From a virus, in the IMG/VR virus record IMGVR_UViG_3300016657_000126, positions 132,898-196,897 of that record: a DNA stretch of 64,000 nt, one strand, 5' to 3'. Under the pieces are notes generated by a model. The model made no database searches and was not told the DNA's origin. It worked only from the letters and a program-made list of their open reading frames with translations. Below, one piece after another: positions 24,953 to 33,721 of the stretch (its first letter is position 1; every line of letters begins with the position of its first letter). The position numbers were made by a program, and so were the translations under genes.

Positions 24953-26311
24953 ATGCCAGACGAATGTAAGAACGGGGGCGACTCGCCCAACCCTCCACCT
25001 CCACCCAACACGTATGTTGGCGGCGGGCCCAGCGTGTCTCCGATCGGAGGGGGATTTATTACCAACCCCTTCGCCTCGGGCGCCACCGTGACTGTATCCG
25101 TGGACGGGACCGCGGTGTTCTCGAATCTCACCGGCCCGCTTACCTTCGAACCCGGCAACGGGACATTTACCGTCAGCGGCGCCACCACGCTTACGCTCAC
25201 CTCCGCGGATGGGTTACCGCAGACCTTCACGCTTCCCGCGGGTGGTGTTGTGAACGTCGGGGGCGTTTCGACTACCTACTCCGCCGGCGCCACCGTGACG
25301 CTAACCGGGCAAGCGAGCGTGCAGCTGACCGCAGGGCAGTCCGTGGCTACCACAGGAGGCATCACCACCGTCATCCTACCTGGAACGTCAGGCGTCGCCG
25401 TGGAGGGTGTATTGACGGGATCGGCACCCGCCAGCTCCACGCTCACGCCGATCACCGGCGTGGTCATTGTTTCTGCGCCTCCGACCACGACGCCGGACTT
25501 CTTTCTGGTCAACCCGCGCGCGCCGCGACCATACCCGCTGCGGAACCTTCTTTCACGAGTCTACGGTATCACACCGAGCACTACGCTTTCCACGACGCCA
25601 GATTTCTCGATTAGCACGCAGTGGGGTGCCCTGCCTGGAGCTTCCGGGACATCGGAGGTTATTTCGGGCGGATTTGGGATTTTTAGTCCGAGTGCGCCAG
25701 CCAACGAAATTCTGGATGGTTTGACGCTTGTGCAGATGGGCGTGTCAGCGTCCGAGGTAGTCTGGCCTCTTGACGCCCAGGACACACCATCTCCCGAAGC
25801 GGTAGAAGAGATAGGCGCGCTTGATTTCGCCTTGGTTAACGCTGGATTTATCGGATACGAGACTGCCGGAGGAGACGCGCTGATTCTCGTGGCGTCTGTC
25901 GCTAATCCTGATCCCTACGTCGGGTATGAACCTCCGGAGTTCATCGCCTTCGAAGAAATACCCGCGGCGGACATTTCAATGTCCGAAAACACACTCCTCG
26001 GATACGAGGAGTTGGATCCGACTCCAGCAGAGCCTTGGTCGTTTCTGTCCGACGAAGTCGTTGTCGGTGACGCCGAATTCGGCACGTTTAATCCGAGCGC
26101 AGGCACCTTCGAAGTTACCGCCGGCATGACATTGCTGAACGCCGCATTTCTTTCTTACGAGTTGGAACTACCAACCAATCTCACGCGTGTCGCGCGCGAG
26201 ATTGTTTTTCTGGCGACCCATATCCCGACTGTCCCGCCGCCACTTGCCGAGCAGTTCCTTGACTCGGAAGTTGTCGGCGGTAACGCTCGATTCAAACTTT
26301 TCCACCTATGA
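24953..26311 (+). CDS. Thr/Gly-rich beta-structured protein, possible fibre/decoration
   Basis: 452 aa, TVTLTG-type strands, acidic C-terminal half. Confidence 0.55.
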   Translation: MPDECKNGGDSPNPPPPPNTYVGGGPSVSPIGGGFITNPFASGATVTVSVDGTAVFSNLTGPLTFEPGNGTFTVSGATTLTLTSADGLPQTFTLPAGGVVNVGGVSTTYSAGATVTLTGQASVQLTAGQSVATTGGITTVILPGTSGVAVEGVLTGSAPASSTLTPITGVVIVSAPPTTTPDFFLVNPRAPRPYPLRNLLSRVYGITPSTTLSTTPDFSISTQWGALPGASGTSEVISGGFGIFSPSAPANEILDGLTLVQMGVSASEVVWPLDAQDTPSPEAVEEIGALDFALVNAGFIGYETAGGDALILVASVANPDPYVGYEPPEFIAFEEIPAADISMSENTLLGYEELDPTPAEPWSFLSDEVVVGDAEFGTFNPSAGTFEVTAGMTLLNAAFLSYELELPTNLTRVAREIVFLATHIPTVPPPLAEQFLDSEVVGGNARFKLFHL

Positions 26312-27081
26312 GCGTAACGACCGACGGCGACAAAGTGTATCTCGAAGGCGATCCGCTCGGACCTACCGGAGCCTATAAGCAACTGGCCGCCGCTCCGGCA
26401 GGCACTGACGTGATGTTCTTTCTGTTCCGTGCTTTTTGGGACAGCGTCACTACCGACGCAGGCGGCATCAATTTTGGCTGGGATCACACATTCGCGTTTG
26501 GGCTGAGTTTTGACGGTGTTTTTCCGAACAGCAATTTCACGCCTACTTTTAGTCGGTTCATCGGCATAGGAAAATCTAGCACCAGTTTCGACCTAGACTA
26601 CCGCGCCGATGCCGGAGGGGTCGGAAAGCACTTCGCCGGCTTCGATGACGGAAGTGTGTTTCGGAAAGGGCAGAACGCGGACGACGGAGCGTCGTTTCCA
26701 TTCATCGACGATTCCGATGACCTTGGCGGAAGAAACCGCCGCATGTTCACTATGTTTCCGGCTACTCCGGCGATCGGTGCCCAGGTAGTGCAGGTTTGGA
26801 AAATAGCGCGATCGCTGAGCAATTCTCGTTACGTCTCCGTGACCTGCGGCGTGAACTTTGAGAGCCTTTCAGAAGCCAACATCTCGAACGCGCGGACAAG
26901 CGCCAACACTGTATGGTCAAAGACTCAGGAGCTTGATGCCAGTGACAACTTCTGCCCGCGAAACAACAAGATTTTCTTTCCGTCTTGGTTGCTAATGAAG
27001 AACCCAGACGGAACGACCGGCAGGAAATTTGTCTACGACCACGGCAAGGTCGAATACTTCAAGTATTCTGACTCGCCTTAA
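26308..27081 (+). CDS. Hypothetical protein, possible receptor-binding domain
   Basis: 257 aa, aromatic-rich, ATGA overlap with upstream gene. Confidence 0.6.
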   Translation: MSVTTDGDKVYLEGDPLGPTGAYKQLAAAPAGTDVMFFLFRAFWDSVTTDAGGINFGWDHTFAFGLSFDGVFPNSNFTPTFSRFIGIGKSSTSFDLDYRADAGGVGKHFAGFDDGSVFRKGQNADDGASFPFIDDSDDLGGRNRRMFTMFPATPAIGAQVVQVWKIARSLSNSRYVSVTCGVNFESLSEANISNARTSANTVWSKTQELDASDNFCPRNNKIFFPSWLLMKNPDGTTGRKFVYDHGKVEYFKYSDSP

Positions 27082-27460
27082 TCCTGCGCATCACCAGCCA
27101 GGCCTGCTCGACCGCGGCGGTTATTGCGCTGCCCAGTTGACAGCTGGTGCACGCCGCTGCGGTCAGCTCTTGTTTTTGCTGCTCTAGCATTAGCCGGATG
27201 TGCATCACCTCAGGCGGGACGCCTGCTATGTCTCCAAGAAACTTCTCTCTGAACTCGCGCCACTGAGCGCGCTTCTCCTCGGGCGTCTTCTTAGGCTCTC
27301 GGTATTGGGCGAGCAGCTGCTGATACGCGTCGTGCGTGAGCACCAAATTTTCACCTTCCACGACACCTTTAGACAGCACGTGGTCGTAATAGCCAGGCGG
27401 GCGATCGACGGCGCGAACCATCAACTGCCGCAGGCTGAGTTTTACGGTGCCGGATTGCAT
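27059..27460 (-). CDS. Small protein with C-terminal CxxC helix
   Basis: 133 aa, AACTSCQLGSAI. Confidence 0.6.
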   Translation of the reverse strand: MQSGTVKLSLRQLMVRAVDRPPGYYDHVLSKGVVEGENLVLTHDAYQQLLAQYREPKKTPEEKRAQWREFREKFLGDIAGVPPEVMHIRLMLEQQKQELTAAACTSCQLGSAITAAVEQAWLVMRRIKASQNT

Positions 27461-28956
27461 AGGCTAGTCACATTGTAGGTATTATCTAGGCCACCCTGTC
27501 CGAACTCAGGTCCAGGCACGGGATCTCCTGTCTCACCCTCGATAGAAAAAACAGCGCGCGTGTTGCAGCAGTTCTTGTATGACAGAGTAGCCTTCACTGT
27601 TATCTCACAGTCCATCTGACCCGGGCTTACAGTGAAATCTTTTTCTATTCTGGTCTGCGGGCATCCACCTTCTTTCTCGCACGTCTTATTCGGATCTTCC
27701 GGAGTAGGGCACGGGTATGAGCTTCCGCAACATCCTGGAGGGCTGCTCACCATGTCCACTAGTGTGGTTAGAACGGTCACGTCTTTGTCTGTAGTGACAA
27801 CCACATCGAATGCGTCGTCCTCGCAGGCGTTTGCGTCCACATAGACTAGAGTTAGATGGCAGTCGCTGGATATAGATTGCGTGCAGCAATCGCGACAATC
27901 CTTGGGGTCTGCTTGTATGTCGTCCTTTAGGTCAGACCCGAGGACTTCATCTACTATCTTATCCAGCTGTGTGAGAGTTTCGCAGTAAAGTTTTTGGTTA
28001 CCATCGGAGCACGCGACACCGCCGCAGGTAGGCTCTTCCCACGGGTAAGAAACGTCAGCGTCAATTCCATCTCCCTCTTCAGCGTCCAGACATCCCGGAT
28101 TATCCGACAGAGTCGTGTCCTCTTTCAGATCGTATATTAGATTTTCCAGGCTTACACGACAGCCTTTGCGCAATTCTATTCCGTTCGGTCTAGACCACTT
28201 CGTGTCGCTGTTAGAGCAGCGCTTATTGAGTTTGTCCTCAATCTTTCCTATCAGGCGCGTGAAATCGTCTTTCTTTATCTGAAAAGCGACCTGCCCCTCT
28301 ATGTCCATCTCGACGCGCCGAAGCGCGTATGTTCCATCCACACCTGGCCCCGCTACGAATGTGCCATCGACCTCGTCTATGTCTAGCCAGCGCAGATAAA
28401 CCACCATGCGCTGACTTGAATTCTTGCATACACGCATTCTCAGCGGAAGAAGACGCTCTCCATCTACATCGATTTCCGCAGAGCGCTTACGCTTAGTTCT
28501 GTTCCCGTAGGTGGCGTAAAACTCCAGCAGAGTGGAATGAAGCACGGACGACTCACTTCCGTCGAAAGGATTGGTGAAATCTAGCGACGTGAAACAAGAA
28601 GAACTGCCTCCGTAGTCGCCGAGCTGAATCGGCGCATCGTTTGTGAATAGCGCTATAGGACAGCAGAAGCAGTCAAGTGCCTGCGCGCCGGATGTTTTCC
28701 TTCCTACGAATACGAGCGAACCCTCGTCGTATTTGGCCTGCTCTGCTTCGTTCAGCGTGAATGTGGTGTCGAAGAAATGGTCATCGATAGCTGACGCTGG
28801 GTTCTGATTATACGGGTCGAACAGCCATACATACTTCCCCTTTATCTGACGAAATGTCGTGTGATCGTAGGGCGCGTAGTCGGTGTCCACGCGCTTACCG
28901 ATGCTAGCGATGTCACGCCAGCGCGCGGGCTGATTTGCAGAGCATGAGATGGCCAT
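27442..28956 (-). CDS. Cys-rich acidic protein, probable distal fibre/receptor-binding protein
   Basis: 504 aa, about 26 Cys; DNA visibly more AT-rich than flanks. Confidence 0.6.
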   Translation of the reverse strand: MAISCSANQPARWRDIASIGKRVDTDYAPYDHTTFRQIKGKYVWLFDPYNQNPASAIDDHFFDTTFTLNEAEQAKYDEGSLVFVGRKTSGAQALDCFCCPIALFTNDAPIQLGDYGGSSSCFTSLDFTNPFDGSESSVLHSTLLEFYATYGNRTKRKRSAEIDVDGERLLPLRMRVCKNSSQRMVVYLRWLDIDEVDGTFVAGPGVDGTYALRRVEMDIEGQVAFQIKKDDFTRLIGKIEDKLNKRCSNSDTKWSRPNGIELRKGCRVSLENLIYDLKEDTTLSDNPGCLDAEEGDGIDADVSYPWEEPTCGGVACSDGNQKLYCETLTQLDKIVDEVLGSDLKDDIQADPKDCRDCCTQSISSDCHLTLVYVDANACEDDAFDVVVTTDKDVTVLTTLVDMVSSPPGCCGSSYPCPTPEDPNKTCEKEGGCPQTRIEKDFTVSPGQMDCEITVKATLSYKNCCNTRAVFSIEGETGDPVPGPEFGQGGLDNTYNVTSLCNPAP

Positions 28957-31112
28957 TAGCTGTAGACCGCCGCGCAGGACGTGCTGCAGTTTCCGGGAGC
29001 TCCTCGCTCGCCCGGACTACCTGGCGCTCCCGACCCGACGAGATCTTCACTTATGCACACGGTGAGGCTCTCCGCCAAGCTCTGAGCTTGGCTATTGGCG
29101 TCGGCCTGCGATGTCTGCGACCGCACCTGCCCAGGCATCACTGTGCCCGCTCGGACGAGAATCATGGGGATGCCACGAGGATCCGAGCCGCACGTGCTAT
29201 CAACCTCCGGCTCTGAATTGTAGTAGAAGCAGTCGAGTTGACTGAGAGCGGAGGTCACGGCGAACCGGTTTGCATCGGTCTGGGACACCGTCGAGGTGTA
29301 GGTGCCGGCGAGGACGACGACAGGCTCGCAGGGGTGCCCAAACGATTGGTCTGAGACAACGGCCACGCCGTCGAGCATACCGGCACCGGTTCCCGTGAGC
29401 GCGGGCGAAGCCGCGTATTGAGAGAGTTTGTCGGCATACTGGGCGAGCGTGTCGCCGCAGAGGGCCTCGACGCGGACGTTCGCGAAAACGCAGTTGAGCA
29501 ACGCCAGTGCCTGCGCCAGTGCGCCTTGATCCGCCGCGGCCTGGGTCTCGGCGGTGACCGCGCCGGCGGTGACTATCACAGAAGGCGTGGATAGCGAAGA
29601 GACGGGCGTGGTGTGGTAGAAGCCTCCAGGCAATGGACCTACCCGGACCGCCGTGCTACCGGGCGGAAGGGAGCCGGTCGGAGCGTTACAAGAGGCCTGG
29701 ACCTCTTTGGAAGAGAACCGGCACCCGACGTTCGATCCGTTGGCGCCCGCTTCTAGCTGACGAAGCGGAATGGAGTTGATCGCGTCAGCCTGGCGCTCGG
29801 CCAGCTCCGGAGTTTGCGCGCAGAACTTCCCTGCGTCCACGGATTGAGTGCGATCTATCGAGTAGCTTCCGGAGTCGGCTATACCGCACTTCGCCGCACG
29901 CTCCTTGTTGCAGTAGGTGCAGAGATTCAGCGCCGCCACTGTGTCGGCCAGCTGCTGGAGCATGTCGGCCTCACTGATGATGGAAACCACGGCTCCGGCG
30001 GAGAGCACCACCTTACTTCCGCTCTGCGCAGAGTAACTCTGCGAGTTGTAGTTTACAGAGGGGCACGCATAGGCGTTCGAGCGCCATTCGCAGATGAGGA
30101 AGCTGAGCGCGATGTTCTGCGCGTCGGCCAGGGCGTCGGCAGGACTGGACAGGCTGGTGACCAGACGCGCCGGGAAGTAGACCGGATTTCCCGGAACGAG
30201 CATCTGGCCCGGCGCCGGCGGGCGAGAAGGCGCCCCATTCGTGCAGGCCACGTTTCCAGCCTCGTTGACGTAGAAGCATCGGAGCGCGGCGACAGCCTGC
30301 GCGCGAGCCTGTGCGTCGGCATCGGCCTGGTTGGTGTTCGATGTCACGGCGCCGGCCGCAACTGTAACTGAGCCGATGCGGCGCGGGGTGACGTCTGGAG
30401 CGTCCGTCGGAACGGCTGTGGCGAAGCCCAGATCATCGACGCACGTAGCCGTCTGCGACGAATTTTTCCATTCGCAAGACAGCAGGGCCTCCGCCTGCGC
30501 GAGGGCTATGGCATTGGCCTCGGCCTTATCGTTTGGACTTTCAACTGTTCCGGCCGCCACGGTTACGGGCGGCGTCACGGAGCCTCCGCCGCACTCGGCA
30601 ATTTGCGCGTCGTTTTTCCACACGCAGCGCAGGGCGGCCAGTGCGCCCGTTCGCGCGCTTTCGGTGGCGATCACACGCGCAGCGGCTATCGCCGTATGAA
30701 GACGATCGGCCTGCTCCGGCAGGAACGCCGGCAAAAGCCCGCGCGTGGTGACCTGAGACGTTGAGTTACCGAGCGCCGTGCGGACCGACGGGCGATCCAA
30801 CAGCCACTGTAGCTGGGCGGACGACGCGCTGGGGACGGCGTCCGCTACGTCGACCGACTCGAACCGCGCGCCCGGCTCGGTCTCGATACTCCCACCCTCC
30901 GGCGTGTTTGGAAGCGTCGAACAATCCGCCGTAGCCGGCCCCGAGGCGACGACGATCACAGGGCGCGCAAACGTGGTGCTGGGTGCGGTAGCCGGATCGG
31001 GTCGCACCGGGCTGTCTGGGCGCGCCGGCGACTCAGGCGAGCAGGGTTCCACCGCCGGCACTACATCCGGGCGGACGAATGGATTTTGTGGGTTGTCGCA
31101 GTCTTCGTTCAC
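28956..31112 (-). CDS. Repeat protein with about 8 DUF5977-like domains (fibre-like)
   Basis: Repeats such as CxWxN..Q.A.C...VTVAAG...S...QADA...A...L.C and AGTYTSTVSQTDAN; short GxP collagen-like tail. Confidence 0.7.
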   Translation of the reverse strand: MNEDCDNPQNPFVRPDVVPAVEPCSPESPARPDSPVRPDPATAPSTTFARPVIVVASGPATADCSTLPNTPEGGSIETEPGARFESVDVADAVPSASSAQLQWLLDRPSVRTALGNSTSQVTTRGLLPAFLPEQADRLHTAIAAARVIATESARTGALAALRCVWKNDAQIAECGGGSVTPPVTVAAGTVESPNDKAEANAIALAQAEALLSCEWKNSSQTATCVDDLGFATAVPTDAPDVTPRRIGSVTVAAGAVTSNTNQADADAQARAQAVAALRCFYVNEAGNVACTNGAPSRPPAPGQMLVPGNPVYFPARLVTSLSSPADALADAQNIALSFLICEWRSNAYACPSVNYNSQSYSAQSGSKVVLSAGAVVSIISEADMLQQLADTVAALNLCTYCNKERAAKCGIADSGSYSIDRTQSVDAGKFCAQTPELAERQADAINSIPLRQLEAGANGSNVGCRFSSKEVQASCNAPTGSLPPGSTAVRVGPLPGGFYHTTPVSSLSTPSVIVTAGAVTAETQAAADQGALAQALALLNCVFANVRVEALCGDTLAQYADKLSQYAASPALTGTGAGMLDGVAVVSDQSFGHPCEPVVVLAGTYTSTVSQTDANRFAVTSALSQLDCFYYNSEPEVDSTCGSDPRGIPMILVRAGTVMPGQVRSQTSQADANSQAQSLAESLTVCISEDLVGSGAPGSPGERGAPGNCSTSCAAVYS

Positions 31113-32590
31113 CGTGACGGATCAAAGCCGTTGAAACGCACGTAGGAAAGGTGAAACACCGCGCGGGCAGACGCCTCTTCTCCGGCGCCGGAAAGCGCGC
31201 GGGTCTCCTTCACGACAAGGCCGCGAAAAAGCTCGGCGCCGTCCGCGGATTTGCAGGCGACCTGCTGACCGACGAGGGGAGTCCAATCAGTGACCGGCAT
31301 CTCGATTATCAGCCCGGTGGCCGACAAAACCTCCTGAATATACTGCAGCTTTGCCCACGCTGTGAGCGACCTGAGCGTGACCTCCGCAAGCCCCGTCAGT
31401 TTCTTCGTGTGGTTCTCGATGACCTTGCTGAGTGAGTTGAGATCCGTGAGAGAATCCGCGCTGGCGATCGGCGTGACGGCCGACTGCGGATCGACGCTGA
31501 TCCACGGGGGAGGAGGGACAGTCTTTAGAGTGCCCACCGTGTTCTGCCGAAAGGCCTCCGCCGGATACTGCGCGAACACGCGCATACCACCGTAGGACGA
31601 AGTTCCCGCCGCGCGATCTTTTGGCGGAGATCCGTAGTAGGACGAGGTGGGTGCGATGACGCGCACCGCGCGCACAGGAAGATGCCCGCGGCTGGAGATG
31701 GTCGCGTCCAGATTTACAGCGTCCAGAATCATATCCCTCGGCGCGCCGTCCAGCAGCTTGTCCAGCCGCACGAGCTTTCCGCTGTTCGCCATCGAAGGAA
31801 CGTATGCTAGACCGAATGACGCGCACAGGTTCTGTATAGCCTCGAAACCATCGGTCGTAGAAAGGAGCGCGGTCGATATGGTCTGATCCAGGGCCAGACG
31901 GTGCGCAGACAGAAATGTAGCGTCCGCCAGCTCGTCGAATTCTACCGCGGCGTTCGATAGGATTTCGAAGAAGATGGGAAGGACGCGCTCATTCATCTTG
32001 ATGGCGCTCGCGTATTCTTCCTGAGCCACAGCCGGGTTCGGCATACCGACTGTCTTTCCTATGATCGTGGCGTCTGCGCGCGAGCGCAGCTTCTCGGCGA
32101 TCGCTTTAATCAGTAGGCAGAGATTCTTGTTCGGCTTGAAGTCCTCGGAGAGGAATGTGGGTTTGTCGCGAAGTTGACGTTTCGGCTCGTAACAGCTGAA
32201 GCGTAGCGCGCTCAGCGCTCCGACAGCGCCAACCGCGTGGTGCGGCATATTCGGTGCCCGGATACCCCAGCCATAGTTTCCGCTCCCGAGCTTGCCCTTG
32301 ATGACCGCGAGCGTGGTGGAGCCGTCCTTGATCGTGAACTGTGCGTCCACGAGCGTGTTTGCGACGTCGGAGAAGAACCGTGTCTGGAGGCGACCCAACT
32401 GCCGCGTGACATCCGAGCTCAGCAGCGTGAGCGCCTTGTCCGGTTTCACGTTCGCGGGCTGCGCATCAAACGAGATCACGGGAGGCTGATTCAGCGCCAG
32501 CTCCGTGGTCAGTCCGGAAACCTGCAACCCCAACGCGGGGACGAAGGAAACCTCTACCTGCGGACGAATGATGCGAACTTGGGTGATCAC
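31109..32590 (-). CDS. Baseplate hub-like protein
   Basis: 493 aa downstream of tape measure; IQNLCASFGLAYVP and C-terminal FRGLV pattern; call mainly from synteny. Confidence 0.5.
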   Translation of the reverse strand: MITQVRIIRPQVEVSFVPALGLQVSGLTTELALNQPPVISFDAQPANVKPDKALTLLSSDVTRQLGRLQTRFFSDVANTLVDAQFTIKDGSTTLAVIKGKLGSGNYGWGIRAPNMPHHAVGAVGALSALRFSCYEPKRQLRDKPTFLSEDFKPNKNLCLLIKAIAEKLRSRADATIIGKTVGMPNPAVAQEEYASAIKMNERVLPIFFEILSNAAVEFDELADATFLSAHRLALDQTISTALLSTTDGFEAIQNLCASFGLAYVPSMANSGKLVRLDKLLDGAPRDMILDAVNLDATISSRGHLPVRAVRVIAPTSSYYGSPPKDRAAGTSSYGGMRVFAQYPAEAFRQNTVGTLKTVPPPPWISVDPQSAVTPIASADSLTDLNSLSKVIENHTKKLTGLAEVTLRSLTAWAKLQYIQEVLSATGLIIEMPVTDWTPLVGQQVACKSADGAELFRGLVVKETRALSGAGEEASARAVFHLSYVRFNGFDPSR

Positions 32591-33261
32591 AGCTGCTCGA
32601 TTTTTACCAGCGCGGCGGCCGCGTATCCCAGCTTGTAGGCCGGGTGCTGCGCGGCGTGAAACAGATCTGCCAGGTCCGCCTTCTGCAGGGCCACATGCAG
32701 GTCTCCCCAGGCCAGCACGTCGACCAGCAGGTCATCAGGCGCCTTGGACGGTGCAGGGAAGAAGATGCGCACTTCAGATCCCTCCGTCCATGCGGTGTCC
32801 AGCCGGAGGATACCAGAAACGCGAATCCACGCCGGCCAGGCCACGGTCAGCATGCGGTTGGTCTCGCGCGCGGACACCACTTCGCTGGCGCCATCACCGG
32901 TGATTCGCGCCGACACGTCGGTCAGAAATTCCAGGAGCACTTCCTGCTTGGAGGCCTCGAGCACAGGAATACCGAGCGTCGGCTCGAGAACCGCTCCCTG
33001 GATCGTGGGCACGGGCGGAACATCCACCGGCGCGGGAATCGCGCGAGGTTGGGTTGGGAGCACCGCACCGACCAGACGCAGCATGGAGTAGGCAACCCGC
33101 ACACCGACGTCGCCCGTGAATAGCCCGAGGCGACGGCGAAGCTCCTGCGCCAAAGGCGAGGACGCGGGAGGCGTGCTGCCGCGCAAACACGCGCGCAGCT
33201 CGCCGGAGTTCACCACTGCCGGACCTACGAGCAGCGCCAGAGCTTGATATGGATGGCTCAT
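32587..33261 (-). CDS. Hypothetical tail protein
   Basis: 224 aa, coupled on both sides. Confidence 0.6.
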   Translation of the reverse strand: MSHPYQALALLVGPAVVNSGELRACLRGSTPPASSPLAQELRRRLGLFTGDVGVRVAYSMLRLVGAVLPTQPRAIPAPVDVPPVPTIQGAVLEPTLGIPVLEASKQEVLLEFLTDVSARITGDGASEVVSARETNRMLTVAWPAWIRVSGILRLDTAWTEGSEVRIFFPAPSKAPDDLLVDVLAWGDLHVALQKADLADLFHAAQHPAYKLGYAAAALVKIEQL

Positions 33262-33719
33262 TTTCCAGAGTCTACCAGCACACCGAAGAGCGACGCGTCC
33301 GCGACATTGTTCTGCGGGTTGGGCGGCGACATGTTGACGCCGACAAGAAAGAAACGCGCGGACGAGGCTCCCGGCATGCTGATCGTGATCGGCTGATTCG
33401 TGGCCGACAGGCGATACCGGGCGTAGTAGTCGAGCAAGGCGTTCCAGGCACGCTGCTCTTCGGTCGCGTCGAACTTGCCCAGCAACAGCGCCAGCGGCAC
33501 TACGATGTCGCCCATCTGGGAGCCGAACGAATACAGGAACCGCGTGTTCCTGAGCGTGTTCACCTTGAAGTGTGACTCCTTCAGGCCGATCTGCGCGCCT
33601 TGCACCAGAACGGGCGACAAGACCGTGCTGCTCACGGAAGGACTCAGCGAAAAGCTGCCGCGCGCGCCAGCCTTTCGGTGGACGTATAGGCAGCCTTTGG
33701 ATGGGAGAATGGCGGGCAT
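33258..33719 (-). CDS. Tail tube initiator-like protein
   Basis: 153 aa directly after tape measure, tube-like size, FLYSFGSQMG. Confidence 0.5.
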   Translation of the reverse strand: MPAILPSKGCLYVHRKAGARGSFSLSPSVSSTVLSPVLVQGAQIGLKESHFKVNTLRNTRFLYSFGSQMGDIVVPLALLLGKFDATEEQRAWNALLDYYARYRLSATNQPITISMPGASSARFFLVGVNMSPPNPQNNVADASLFGVLVDSGK

Positions 33720-33721
33720 GG

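Noticed and set aside
24911-27081. Invertible tail-fibre cassette
   Set aside because: No flanking inverted repeats or invertase seen; the left end looks like a short divergent promoter and the right end is a convergent overlap.
27442-31112. Diversity-generating retroelement target
   Set aside because: No reverse transcriptase or TR/VR pair noticed in the window.
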